Assembly: GCA_047495785.1 (NCBI GenBank)
Contig: JBLDXI010000032.1
Span: 1,488,001-1,552,000 of the forward strand
Direction: 5' to 3'
DNA length: 64,000 bases
Origin: Lepidodermella squamata
Lineage: Eukaryota > Animalia > Gastrotricha
Under the pieces are notes generated by a model that saw only the letters and a program-made list of their open reading frames with translations, had not been told where the DNA came from and made no database searches. Each line of letters begins with the position of its first letter. Within the stretch, counting starts at the first letter, position 1. The position numbers and the translations under genes were made by a program. Below are positions 39,715 through 52,186 of this stretch, one piece after another.

Positions 39715-40575
39715 TCAAGCTTCGGTGCAAACGTCAAGAGCGAGTCCATACAAGGCGGGGGATGTCGAGTATTTAACAGCTGAAACTGAAGTTGGGATAG
39801 AGGCGCAGCAGTCCTTGAATGTTGCAAAAGTGGTCGTCCCTGACTAAGAAAAACAAATATATATGGTTTCACAATTTGATGGTAAGAATTTTCTCACGCC
39901 ATAGCCGTCGGATTGCTGGCACGTCTCAGGGAAACGAAGGCAGTACGCCTTAGTTGTGCCACTATTAGCGCACTTGCGATAGGCTCCTGTTAGACCTAAG
40001 TTATGGCATATCATATAAGAGGTTCCAGCAGTGTTGACAATCTGCTCATAAGCCAAAGTTCCTCCAACCCCCGTCGTGCAGCAGAGGGAAAATGTAGTGT
40101 AGGCGGTGCCAGGAGTCTGATGATGTCAACCAGTTCAATCACAGCGGAAACGGTTAGAGATTAGACTTACCGTTGCGAGTGTTATTTGCGGGTTTACGCC
40201 CGTTGCTGTTTGGCAAAATCGCATCGTTTGCGGAGATGGTGCTATAGTTTGTCGGGTGAATAGAGCGTAATCCAGCTAAAAAAATCCACAAACTCAATTG
40301 AGAACGAGGATAATTTTCCTTTTTTTTTATACCGAAGTTGGGGCTAGCGTTGTAGTTGTAGTGAGGGAGACGCAGAATTGGTTGGATGGACATGGGGTAG
40401 TGCGGCACTCGAATCCAGTCGGGCATGAAATGTTGTCACTCTGGCAAAGCTGCGAACCTGGGCACGTGTTGAACGTCGGGCAGGCGGTGTAAATTATTGG
40501 AGGGAGGTTGACAGAAGCGGGACAAGCAAAAGCTGCACCTATGATTCCGCAAAGTAAGACAGTGATTTGATTCAT
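39715..40575 (-). CDS. Secreted Cys/Thr-rich protein A (4 exons), paralog of 54645-55490
   Basis: Signal MNQITVLLCGIIGAAFA-CPA. Shares AYE, CHN, YRKCA, YCxRxPETCQ, FATFxDCC and YGLxxDxCxE with the paralog. Three phase-0 introns. Confidence 0.85.
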
Positions 40576-40806
40576 TATGCAAAAAGCCAAGAAAAATTGA
40601 ACTAAAATCTCGGCGAAGTTTCGTAGGCCGAGCGAATGTGGAGTGCATGTTTGACACCTGTAGGTGTCATTAAATTGAGTTTTTATTGGCTCCAAGTCAT
40701 AACAACACCTTGACTAAAATGTGTATGCATTCGCTTGATCACCTGGGCTAAGAAATTGAATGGATAATTTTAAAATCATGGTAGTTATGCTGTGCAATTT
40801 CTACCA

Positions 40807-40878
40807 AGCAGAGTGGCGCAGTGGAAGCGCGCTGGGCCCATAACCCAGAGGTCTGTAGATCGAAACTACGCTCTGCTA
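40807..40878 (+). tRNA. tRNA-iMet: Initiator tRNA-Met (CAT)
   Basis: AGCAGAG acceptor stem with A1:U72, three G:C pairs in the anticodon stem, CAT anticodon, initiator-type T loop ATCGAAA, and a T5 terminator at 40885-40889. Confidence 0.98.
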
Positions 40879-41858
40879 AGAGTCTTTTTAGGTCAGGCGG
40901 ACAGCATAAAATAAAAAATAAACTTCTTTTATAACGCGGAGCAGTATAAGGAGCGGTAAAATTTGGCAAAAAGCGATTTTTTCGAATAAATTGCAAGAAA
41001 TCGGTGGCTTAGAATACAAAGAATTACCAATATAGCATCAGCAACCTAAATTAAAGATCGTTTCCAAGATATTTTCCTAGATCGAGACGATAGGCCAAAA
41101 GTCGTGGAAAAATTCGATAATTAACGACATGAGCTCAGCTTTATTTTAGTCAAATCCGTAAATGAATTTCGTCGTATTATCACCGCCAGGCATAATAGTA
41201 ACGGAACTATCGCATCCGCCTGGTAAATTCAGAGCTACTAATCCCAGCTTCCAGGTGTGGTTCACGGTTTCGAAACCACCCAGGTGATGAGATAATTGAA
41301 AATTATTAGATTGAAAATGATACTGGGTTCAAAAACCGAATCGAATCGCGAAAAAAATTCGACGGATTGAGACCTAGGGATAATCGGGATTTTATTAAGC
41401 CAGCGCGCCAATTTTCCTTAGGTAGCTTCATTTACAAATTGGGGGCAGAATTTTACACGACGGCATTTTATTACCGCTGGTCAAATTACTTGAAATTACA
41501 GGTCAATTTTTCGTCCGATTTCTCTCGATTTCACCGACTTAGGAGGCAAATTATATGATTTCCGTAAAATTCTAATTACGATCCTCGGCTTGCTGGAAAG
41601 CGTCAGCATAAATCAAAAGCTCCATATTTGTTCAAAGGATTTATTTGTTACCTCCAGCGTTATCGAGTAACTAACAATTTGCGGGGCGCGTTGAGTGTAC
41701 ATAACATGTGCCACGAATGACATAATCGGCAGCGAAAACGCAGCAACGAGCCAACAACATTATTTGCACTTACAACGGTAGTTTTTCAGCGGCTGACCTA
41801 GTTGCACGCATTTAATTATTACTTTTAACGGCCTAGTTTAGCAATAAAATTCGCTATC

Positions 41859-43362
41859 ATGCCAAAAGCTACAGCACCTAAAAGCGATTACGTGGAGTGG
41901 GCGGACGAAAATCTGAAGGCTAGACGAGACTTTTTCGCCGGTCTCAACATCGATCAATTAGCCCGTGATCTCGATTCACTCGCCCCGAAGAAACAAGCAA
42001 TCAAACGCCCGGCCTCAGCTGCTGCCGGAGATGAAGTCCGCCAGCGTCGGCAAAGCCTTCGAATTACGAGCGAAGTCCCGAAAACTTCGTTGGAAAGTGA
42101 ATTTTGGCGAACTTGCTGTTCTCGCAGCGACAATTGCAGCCGGGAAGAAATGGCTGATATTCTACGAGAATGCGTCAAATCAGGCAACGAATCGAAACCA
42201 ACACCCGAAGCGATCGATTTTTCGAAGATCAAGTCGGTTCAAAAGCGTCTAGTGACTTGCCGTCGAAGTTTTATCGACATTGGCTGTTTCGCTGTTCATC
42301 CATCTGTCGACCCGATTTTCGCCGCTATTGGCTACATGAACGGCAAGGCTTACTTCTTTTCAGCTAAAATCGATGAAGAGGAAGATGTCGATGATTTGAA
42401 AAGCCGCCTGTTCCGGTTACATGAACACGCACAGCCCGTAATTTCAATGGCATTTGACGGCTCTTCTCACCTGATTTCCGCCGATACCAAAGTGTTGAAA
42501 TCGCTCGATCTCAACGCGATTGAAAAGGGTCACACTAATTTGATGCAATTCAACCCGAAAGATCGGCCACGTTTCACTGGAGTCGGAGCTCGAGACGGCA
42601 TGATCTGGGCAGGCTGCAGCGATGGAACTGTTGTTAGAATCGACTCTCGAGCTCGGTCTATCGAGGCCACAGCCTTTCGAACATGCGAAAACGCTACTTA
42701 TTCGATCTCCCTGCCTCCGAATGACGAGAATTTAATCTACACTGGCAGTCAGGGAGGAACTGTTGCTGTGTGGGATGTTCGTCGCATGTTGAAAGCAGAC
42801 ACGCCTTTCCGCCGATCGGCAGCTCTGGCTACGCTGAAATTGCCTGGCTACATCGATCAAGTCGCTGTTAATCCGAAAAATCCTCAGCTGGTTTTGGTGG
42901 AGAACGTTGAAGATGGCGGCCAGAGGTCGATTGTTCTGCTTCGTCGATCGATCCAATACGACTTTTTAACTGAATCCTGGCGAATGATGCGACCGATTGA
43001 TCTGACTGATTCAGGTAAAATTTCTCCTTATTTTTAATAATTAAAAAATCCAGCTCAAATATCGATTTTTAGGGAAACCTGATTTTTCGATTCAATGGCA
43101 CCCGTCTGGAGCTGCCTTCGCCTCGACTGCTGATTGCCCCGAAGTTTTTGTTTCGACTGACAAGAAAATCGCGTCTCGAGATTTCGCCGCTGTTTCGACC
43201 GAGTCGCGGCCGATTTTTGTGCCTGGCGCTAAAATTGAGTCGCAGGAACCAGGTCAAAACGCGCTAATTGGTTTTCACCCCACGATTTCGTCTCTGTTGC
43301 TCGGTACAACAACCAAAGGCAACCAGGTGAATCTGATCGAATTCTCATCGCAAAATTCCTAA
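41859..43362 (+). CDS. WDR76: WDR76/CMR1-like WD40 protein, copy 1
   Basis: N-terminal SDY..EN....FFAGLN..RRQSLRI motif resembles WDR76/Cmr1. Also AVHPS, HAQPVISMAF, VAVWDVRR and a terminal FHP..LLLG. Exons 41859-43014 and 43073-43362. Confidence 0.75.
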
Positions 43363-43834
43363 CAATTGACCGAAATTCTTGTTCGTTTTTTTGTGACTGT
43401 TATTACATTGATAATATGAACATTTTCTTGTGATTAATCTCAATTGCCTCAGTAAAAATGAGCTTTGCGTATTAATTTTTCTCTATATTACCGGAGTTCG
43501 CCTCATGGTCCAAAAAGTACTGTCCCAGCCGATATTAGATGAAAAATCATCCTCCCTCAAATTCCAAGAAAGAATTTTTGCGAGGCGTGAAAAAAGACAA
43601 TTTTGTGAATTTCACAATTTTTTTTTCAAAAATATTTTAAATTTGCATTCACTAACTTCCTAAAAATTCCATTTTCGAATTTTTCAATTAAAAAAAATTC
43701 CACCTTAAAAATGTTGAAGTAACACAATTTTCGCTCTAATTTTTTTTTGAAGTTAAATATCCCGGAATAATTTCAATTTTAGGTTGAATTTTCTGACGTT
43801 TTGAAAAATTTATCAAAGTGTAATCTCTTGATCT

Positions 43835-45324
43835 ATGTCGAAAAATGCTGGAAAAACAAGCGACTACGTTCAATGGGCTGACGATAATTTGAAAGCAAGA
43901 CATGACTTCTTCGCCGGCCTCAACATCGATAAACTGGCTCGCGATTTCGAATCAATTGAACCGAAGAAAAAAGCCGTTAAACGCCCTTCAGGTTCTAGTG
44001 GCGAAATTCCGAAACGCAGGCAGAGCTCTCGGCTTGCTGAAGATGATTTACCATTGAAACACAGCAAGGTGGACAGCGAATTTTGGCGAATTCTCACTCG
44101 GTACAGCGACAATTGCAGCCGAGAGAAAATGGCGGAAGATTTGCGGGTCTGTGCCAGAATAAGCTCAAGCGGCAAATTTGATGCTGATGGCATCAACTTG
44201 TCTAAGATAAAATCAGTTCAACAGGTAAGTTCAGCAAAGGGCCGCTCCTTTCCCGAAACGAATTGTTTAGCTGTTCATCCGTCTTCCGACCGGTTTTTTG
44301 CCGCCATTGGCTGCAAAACTGGCGTATCTAACTTTTTAACGGCTAAAATCAACGACACAGGGGTTATCGATGATGCTGTAAATCGGTTTTTCAAAATGCA
44401 TCATCAGCCGATTATATCGTTAGCCTTTGACAATACCAGCCACTTGATTTCAGCCGACAGCAAGCATGTTTACTGGCTGGATCTCAACGCTATTGAAAAG
44501 GGCCAAACAATGTTGATTGATCTGAAATACCGTCATTATCCAGACTTCTTCGAAGTCGCAGTTAGAAATGGCATTATCTGGGCCGGTTGTAACAACGGCA
44601 CTGTTGCAAGATTCGATCCTCGATCGAAAAACGATGATTTTGACGCTTATCGAACGAGTAGCCAAGCAGCTTGTTCGATTTCTCTGCCGACTAACGATGA
44701 AAACCTGATATACACTGGAAGTCGAGATGGCATTGTTTCTCTATGGGATATTCGTCGCATGTCACTTGAAAATACTGAGTTAGGTCAAACAGCTTCGCTT
44801 GCTACGCTGAAATTACCGGGTATTATTGACCAGTTATGCGTGAACCCGGCTAATCACGAGCTGGCCATGGCAAGTTTTATTGATAGTAATGGCGAGAGAT
44901 CTTTGATTTTACTTCACAAGCCGTCGGAAAACGATGTTTTCACTGAATCTTGGCGAATTGCTCGACCGTTAAATTCAGGTAAAAAAAACATGTTTCCCTA
45001 AAAACGTAAATCTTGCTTCAAAGCCTGCGATATTTTATAGGTAAATCTCATTTTTCGATTCAGTGGCACCCATCTGGGTCTGCTTTCGCTGCGACTGGTT
45101 TGTCGCCGGCAGTTTTCGTTGCAACCGACAACAAAATTGCTTCTAAGAGTTTTGACCCTAGCCCGCGGCCATTGTTTGAGCCTGGTGCTGACATCGAGTC
45201 TAATGTTGGCGAAGCTGTCCGCGTCGCTTTTCACCCGAAGATCGGGTCTCTGTTACTTAGCGCGCCGGCTAAAGCCAGTCATGTGAATCTGATCGAATTC
45301 GCTACTGAAACTGTAAAAAATTGA
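43835..45324 (+). CDS. WDR76: WDR76/CMR1-like WD40 protein, copy 2
   Basis: Colinear paralog with the same phase-1 intron (44979-45040). Confidence 0.75.
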
Positions 45325-45778
45325 AAAATATCGATTTTACTTTGTTGCGATGAATTTTGTTAACCATGCCAATTTTACAATTCAATTTTTTTAAAGCGAA
45401 AATAATAAAGCAATGCCGATGTTTCTTTTCAAATGGTGTGCATTTTATTTTACTCTCATCCAAATATGTCAAAAAATTCAAACATTCACTTGAAATTTTG
45501 GAAAATTATATTATTTTTCTTCTGAAGCTTGATAGAAAATTTTACATGATTGCATCGAGATTTCTTATTTCGGCATAATTTTCACTGCGTTGATGACGTC
45601 ATGCAGCTCTTTGTTATTGCTTTTTGCAGCTCACTTGATGGGTAATAAAACAGGCACAGCAAAAACTATCACATCAAAAGGAACACGCAATTAACTTGCC
45701 GGGCTTGAGCAGTTCTCGAATTCTCGCTGTACTACCATCCGTTTAAATTTGTCTTAATTGACCAACCAGCCGACTAGG

Positions 45779-47255
45779 ATGCCGAGACGCCGAGAGAAAC
45801 AAACCGGTTACGTCAAATGGGCGGACAAAAATTTGAAGGCAAGGCAAGATTTTTTCGCCGGTCTCAACATCGATCGATTCGCCCGTGAACTTGACGCAAT
45901 CGCTCCGAAGAAGCAGGCCGTTAAACGCCCAGCCCCAGCAGACGAAGAAGTCAGTCATCAGCGTCGGCAGAGCCTTCGAATCACCAGCGACGTTCGGAAA
46001 ATTCGCGAGCCAGAGAGTGAATTATGGCGGATTTGCTGTTCCTTTAAAGGCGATTGTAGTCGGGAAGAAATGGCCGCAATTCTCCGAGAATGCGTGAAAT
46101 CAGGCAGCGATTTAAATTCCGGCGTAAAGTCTCCTGATTTTTCGAAGATCGAGTCGATTGAACACCACGAAGTAACGAAAGCCAAGCCCCGAAGTCTGAG
46201 TGACGTTCGCAGTTTCATAGTTCATCACTCTCTTGACCCGATTTTTGCCGCGATCGGATACCAATGTGGTAGATGTTATTTCTTCACGACAACACGGGAA
46301 AATAATGACGATTTTTCTCGATATTTTCATCTGCATAATGACAATCAACCCGTTATTTCAATGGCCTTCGACGGCGCTAGCCATCTGATTTCTGCCGATA
46401 ACAGACTTGTAAAATCACTCGATATCAACGCGATAGAAACGGGTCAAACTAACCTGCTGCAGCTTAGTGTTCACCATCCAGGTTTTACTGAAATTGCTGT
46501 GAGAAACGGAGTCGTTTGGGCTGGCTGTCATGACGGTACCACTATTAGAATCGACACACGAGAAAATCCGGCTGGTGCGAAATCATTTCGAACAAGCTCG
46601 CTAGCAACTTTCTCAATTTCCCTTCCGCCAAAGGACGACAACTTGATTTATACCGGTAGTCAGGATGGCGTTGTTGCCCTGTGGGATGTTCGTCGTCTGC
46701 CAGTCGCAGAATCGGCCTTTCGTCGCTCGGCTGCACGCGCTACGCAGAAATTACCAGGATTTGTCGATCAATTATGCGTTAATCCAGCTAATTCTGAACT
46801 GGTTTTGGTGGAACACGTGGCAGATAGCGGCGAAAGATCGATGATTTTGCTTCGGCAATCGCTTCAGCGCGACGATTTCATGGAATCTTGGCGAGCGGCT
46901 CGGCCTATCGATTTAACAGATTCAGGTGACAATTCTTGTTTTTTCGATTAAGGAGGATTTTTAAATTTAGATTATTTCAGGTAATGCCCAGTATTTTTTG
47001 CAATGGCACCCGTCTGGAACCGCTTTCATGTCGACCGATTACTCTCCCGTGATGTTCGTTTCTACTAACAGGCGACTTACTACGAAGAATTTCGCTGTTG
47101 TTTCTAATGATTCGCGGCCGCTTTTTGTGCCTGGCGCCAAAATTGAGTCGATGAAACCAATCGCGGAATTTCACCCAAATGACCCTTCTCTTTTGCTTAC
47201 TACTACAATTCATGGCAATCAAATTGATGTTGTCAAATTCGCCGCTGAAAAATAA
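45779..47255 (+). CDS. WDR76: WDR76/CMR1-like WD40 protein, copy 3
   Basis: Colinear paralog with ATG at 45779 and the same intron (46926-46980). Confidence 0.75.
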
Positions 47256-47316
47256 AGACTTCGATTTACCTTAATAATTTATTTTCCAATAAATAGGTAT
47301 ATCCGATTTTAAAAAT

Positions 47317-49353
47317 TCAAAATAAAGCGCATTTTTCACACGAGTTCATTGGGGAACCGAGTCGGCAACCGAATGCTCGGGAGAAATCACCACTCTGCTT
47401 CATAGCTCCGATCATTCGAAATATCGGAGAGGTTGAAGCCGAGCTATACTGACCTATCATTTGATAGTAAGAAATGAAAATGAGTTGATTCTCCTGTTTT
47501 GTCCACGAATCATGCTGGTCACGGAAGAAATCAACCGCAAGGCTCAGTCCAACAATTTCAGCAATGTCTTCATCGACTTTTTCAACCTGGTGATCGATTT
47601 TTAATCGTTTGGACTCGCGCCAGAAAAAATCGCCAACACATCGGCGAAGATCTTGGAGGAAAGCGAGCCCAACCTCCTCAACAAGCAACCGACTCATTTG
47701 GCGAAACAACTCAGTAACGAATCGTCCGTATTTAATCGGGTCAGGGTAGGATGTATCGTAAACTGGAGGGAGGAAACTGGGCAGAAAAATTGTCATTCGA
47801 TTAGAAAATGTTGCGTAACTAGCAATCACATCCATAGAATTCTCAGGCGTTCGGACGAAATTATCTTCGCAATACAGGTATCGAAAAATCTTCCCCATGA
47901 TAAAGTGCCGACCGGCTACTTGATTTTGGTAGAAAGACTTCTCCTCAGAAATTTCAAGGTCTTCGTAGTAGTCATCAAGAGCCGTCTCAGTTTTAGACCA
48001 TTCCGGCGGGAAAACGGTGATTTTCATGCTCCGAAGTTTCTTATCGAGAGATATTTTAGCGGGGTAATCAATTTTATCCGAGACTTCTAATCTTGCTCTG
48101 AAATACTCGGCAGCTTTCTCCACAAGCTCATTCGCCTCAGTGATCGTTGAGCTGTCCACTGAATCGCGCCAACGAAGCGAAGGAATAGCGATTTGCATGA
48201 CACTTTCAACTTCGTTTATGCAATAATCGCGACTCGGCCTATCGGGTACGTGGTAACTTTCGATGAATGATCGAAGGATGAAGTAATTTTGAATTGTTTT
48301 CCGCCCAACCAGGGTTCGCATTTCATCGGTCAAAACGCGACACATATTTGTGAGATAGCTGCAAAAAGATGATTCAGTATAGAACGGGAATGCATTAAGG
48401 TCGGCGTGGATTCGACTCCGAATTGCGTTGGCGACCGACGTCCAGTTTAACAATGGACAGCAAAATTGTAAGTCTCGCATTTTTGATTCTTCCAGTGAAG
48501 CTTGCGATCTCGACGGGAGGCCTTTTAGTTTTCTTTCAAGAGATAGAACCCGGCTGATCTGAGCGTCGTTTGGTACCCCAGATAGGAAAGCTAGTCCAGC
48601 AATAGCAGATCTTGATTCTTTGATAGACCTCGGGCTTTTCCTAAGGAAAATCCTCGGAGGTTTGCGCTTAGGCCATAGGAACGTTAGCTCGAAGAGATGG
48701 TCGAAAGTGTAGGAGAACAACTTCTCAAAATGCTTTTGAAGAGACTTATTCCCTTTTATTGCATTCGCGTTGAATCCGCCGAAATCTCGAGCAATGCTTT
48801 CAAGATGCGAGTATCGATCTTCTTGATCCCTGGGTTCCATACAGCTCTCGTAGAAGTTCAGGGCTTTTACCTCGCTTTTCCAGGTTACATTTGACACATC
48901 TATGATAAGGAGAATAAAAAGCTTTAAGCCAATTCTATGCCTATCCTTACCTCGCATTGTCTCGAAGAAACTAAGTTCATTGCTGGGTTGTTTTTGTTGA
49001 TCTGCGCAACTCCAGGAACTACAGGCGTATTCTCTGAAGTCGTCGCATGGGTCTGCAGAGGTGTTCAAAGCTGAGAAAGTCTGCTTAATGATGTCGCTAC
49101 ATTCCTCCTTTTGACAGTTAGCAATAAGTTCCGCTTCTTCTGCAGGGTCAAAGCGACGCCTCGGCAGGTGATTTGAGATATCGACTGTTAGAATGAACCA
49201 AACTATTCCACCAACTGCGACAATACTCAGAGGTACAAGGGCAGCCAACACTATCAACCTGAGGTCTGTGGAATGTAACGCTAAGAATTAGTTATTTGAA
49301 TTTTGAAAGAAGTTACCGCAACAGTTTTGAGGCTTCCTTGAGTTGATCGCCAT
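47317..49353 (-). CDS. M13/neprilysin-like protein 2, pseudo-peptidase
   Basis: ADPCDDFREYACS and FSRAFGCRLGSPMN. HExxH is replaced by RQMSR. Introns 49266-49316 and 48900-48950. Confidence 0.9.
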
Positions 49354-50009
49354 TATTTCAGCCGTAGGTACGATTAAGATTAACTCAGTACGATGGTTTC
49401 ATCTTCCTTCTACTGTGGATGGTAATTCGATATACGATATACGCCTGGAAATTTGTATAATTAGGGATATTTTTTCCCTGCATCACTTGCCCGAAATTCA
49501 AGTTATTACGCGGGGAAGGTTTGCAGCACGTCTGCTTCTTAGTACTTGTCACCAGAACACATATCGACTCATCCTTGTGACGTAAAACTTTGATTCACTT
49601 AGCTAAAATTACTCCATCACATGGTATTGCTATTCGCATAATGAATTGAAAAAGTTCATACTGCGAACGCCTTCCCTGAGATTGATTTCTGAAAATAAAC
49701 TATCGCGAGTAGTTGTTAATCGTCCGGGATATGTCTTGAAACTAACCCACATGCGCGCTGGAGAAATGTATGCAACACGCACCGCAATCAATCAAGTACG
49801 CACTACAGAATGTGGGTGTAAAAAAGAGAAATAAAACGGGAATCTTTGTTTGCATGACGGCAGAACATCGTAGCCGCGTATTATATGCCATAAAACACAG
49901 TACTAAGTAATCATTGAGCTCATCGTGAGTATGTTATTGCGTAAAAAAAGAATCGAGGATGTTGCGGACCGTGTTATAGCTCAAAACATTTGTATTTTGC
50001 TCATGAAAA

Positions 50010-52137
50010 ATGCCTCGCACAGGCCAGCAAGCACCTGGAACGAGAAATTATCTCCTGAGTAAGATGGCCATTCCTAAATTTATTTCCAAGATTTGTCAAC
50101 TTTTTCTTCCAGCTGGGCATGGGAAGACGATCGGAATCCTCATAATATTAGTCCTTCTAGTCGGCACTAGTCTGCTAGCGATTTCTGTGATACCCGGCTA
50201 CATGCATACTCCTGAAGTGTTGCATCCCGTCGAGCAAATGCTGCGATCGATTTGCACGTCTCCAGCTTGTTTAGCATACATGTCTCAGCGGTTTCAGCTC
50301 ATGGATACTTCTATCGATCCATGCGAAGACTTTTACCTGTTTTCATGTGGCAGCGCTCCTCAGTCTGACAAGGCCAGTGATGATTCATGCATAGGGTCTG
50401 CTAAGGTTCCTGACGAAACTCAACTGACATGGGAGTTCCTTGACATCTTAAGTAAGCCACCTTAAAGACGAATATAACAATTAACCTGCTACTTTACTTT
50501 TTCTAATAGAAAACGATTCAAACTTGTCATGGAAGACTGATCGAAAGCTCGCCGGCTTTTATGAGTCATGCACTAAAGGAATTTCATGGCAAGGAAATCA
50601 ACCATTTCTGGAGAGTGTGATTGAAGCCATGGGAGGCTTGAACGGAAATTTAACCGCTCAAAATTTGCAACACCGAATAGAAACGTTGATGACGTATAAC
50701 CAGCGCCATCTTTTCTACCTCACTTTTGACTACTTCAACGGAGCTGATACGAAGGAATTCACTCTTAGCCTGAAGGATAGCCAGGAAGATCCGAATTGGA
50801 CCGAAAATATAATTCAGCAACTCTCCGAAAAGCTGAAAGGTCCTAGCAAGGAGGAAGTGAAAAATGTATTGAAATTCGCGACTGAGATTCGAGGAGCTGA
50901 AGCTCCAGATGCGGTCGCTTCTCTCAGTCCTTTATCGGATTTATCAGCCTGCTGTCCTTTGTTCAAATGGGAATCAATCGTCAAGAAATTCGTCAATGTC
51001 GACCCATCGAAAACCACAGTAATGGTTCTTATGACAGACAGCGCTTGTGACAATGCGAGGGCGATGTGCCAAAAAGTTGAGCAAAGCCTGAAAACTGAAG
51101 ATGGCCGACGGATTTTGCAGAACTATCTGGTCTTCAAAGCTCTTCCTTACAGTCAAAAAGTTATGCAAGTTACCCCGATAACTCCGGCGCTGCAACTTGA
51201 TTGCGTGGAACGTTTGGCTAAGGCGATGCCATTTGCCATTGCTTCTCTCCATCGAAGAGCTAAGTTCAACGAAACAGTCATCGATGAAATCTCGAGAATT
51301 GCGACAGACATCAAGTATCAATTCGAGCAAGAAGTAACTTCATCTCAACGGTTTCATCGTGATATCAAGAGCCGTCTGCTCGATGTTATCGGCAGTTTGA
51401 AGATTCAAATCGGTCCTCCCGATTGGACAGTGAATGAGGCGGATTTGAAGGCTTACTATGCAGATCTTACTGTTAACAAAAACAGCTGGCTCGAAACCAG
51501 GACTTCAGGAGTCAGGCATCGGCTGAAAATGCATGTTACTTCAACGCTGGAGAAAACAAATTCTCCAGTCCCACCTCTTGAAGTGAATGCTATGTACGAT
51601 CCGGTGACTCACACAATCACTGTTCTTTTGGGATTCGTGGCAGAAATAGTCAACTTCGGAGGCGAGTTAACAACAAAAGAATTGAGGACTCTTCTTCACG
51701 GAAAAATTGGAACAGTACTTGGTCATGAAGTCAGCCATCAGTTCGATGCGATTCGGAAAGAGGTGCCCGAGGAATATTTTCTGAAAAAGCAAGCATCATG
51801 CGTGAGAAATCTCTACACTCAACTGGGGGAGAAATTTTCTTGCAATCTGCCCGTCGATAAAACCGTGAATGAAGACATTGCCGATAGCGTTGGCGTCCAG
51901 TTGGCTATTCGGGTGTTTCGAAGCGAACAAGAAACCCCTGACCGCATCCTCGACCAAATTTTTTTCATATCCTATGCCCAACAATTTTGCACCGATGGCT
52001 TCTTGACCCTTGATGAACACACAACTCGACCCTTTCGAGTTCGTGGCTCCCTCGCAAATAGCCCTTCATTCGGCAAAACCTTCAACTGCACCCTTGGTTC
52101 TCCCATGAGTTTTACTAAGAAATGTCATGTTTTCTGA
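50010..52137 (+). CDS. M13/neprilysin-like metallopeptidase 3, catalytic motifs intact
   Basis: IDPCEDFYLFSCG, VNAMY, GHEVSH, NEDIAD and EHT..FR. Introns 50059-50112 and 50452-50509. Confidence 0.92.
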
Positions 52138-52186
52138 ATTACCATAATGAATGAAATAAACCTGGTGATGTTAAATTTGTTAAGAA

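Noticed and set aside
41186-41286. Hairpins (CCAGGC..GCCTGG; GGTTTCGAAACC) near the tRNA gene
   Set aside because: No cloverleaf and no properly spaced A/B boxes; an ncRNA cannot be supported.
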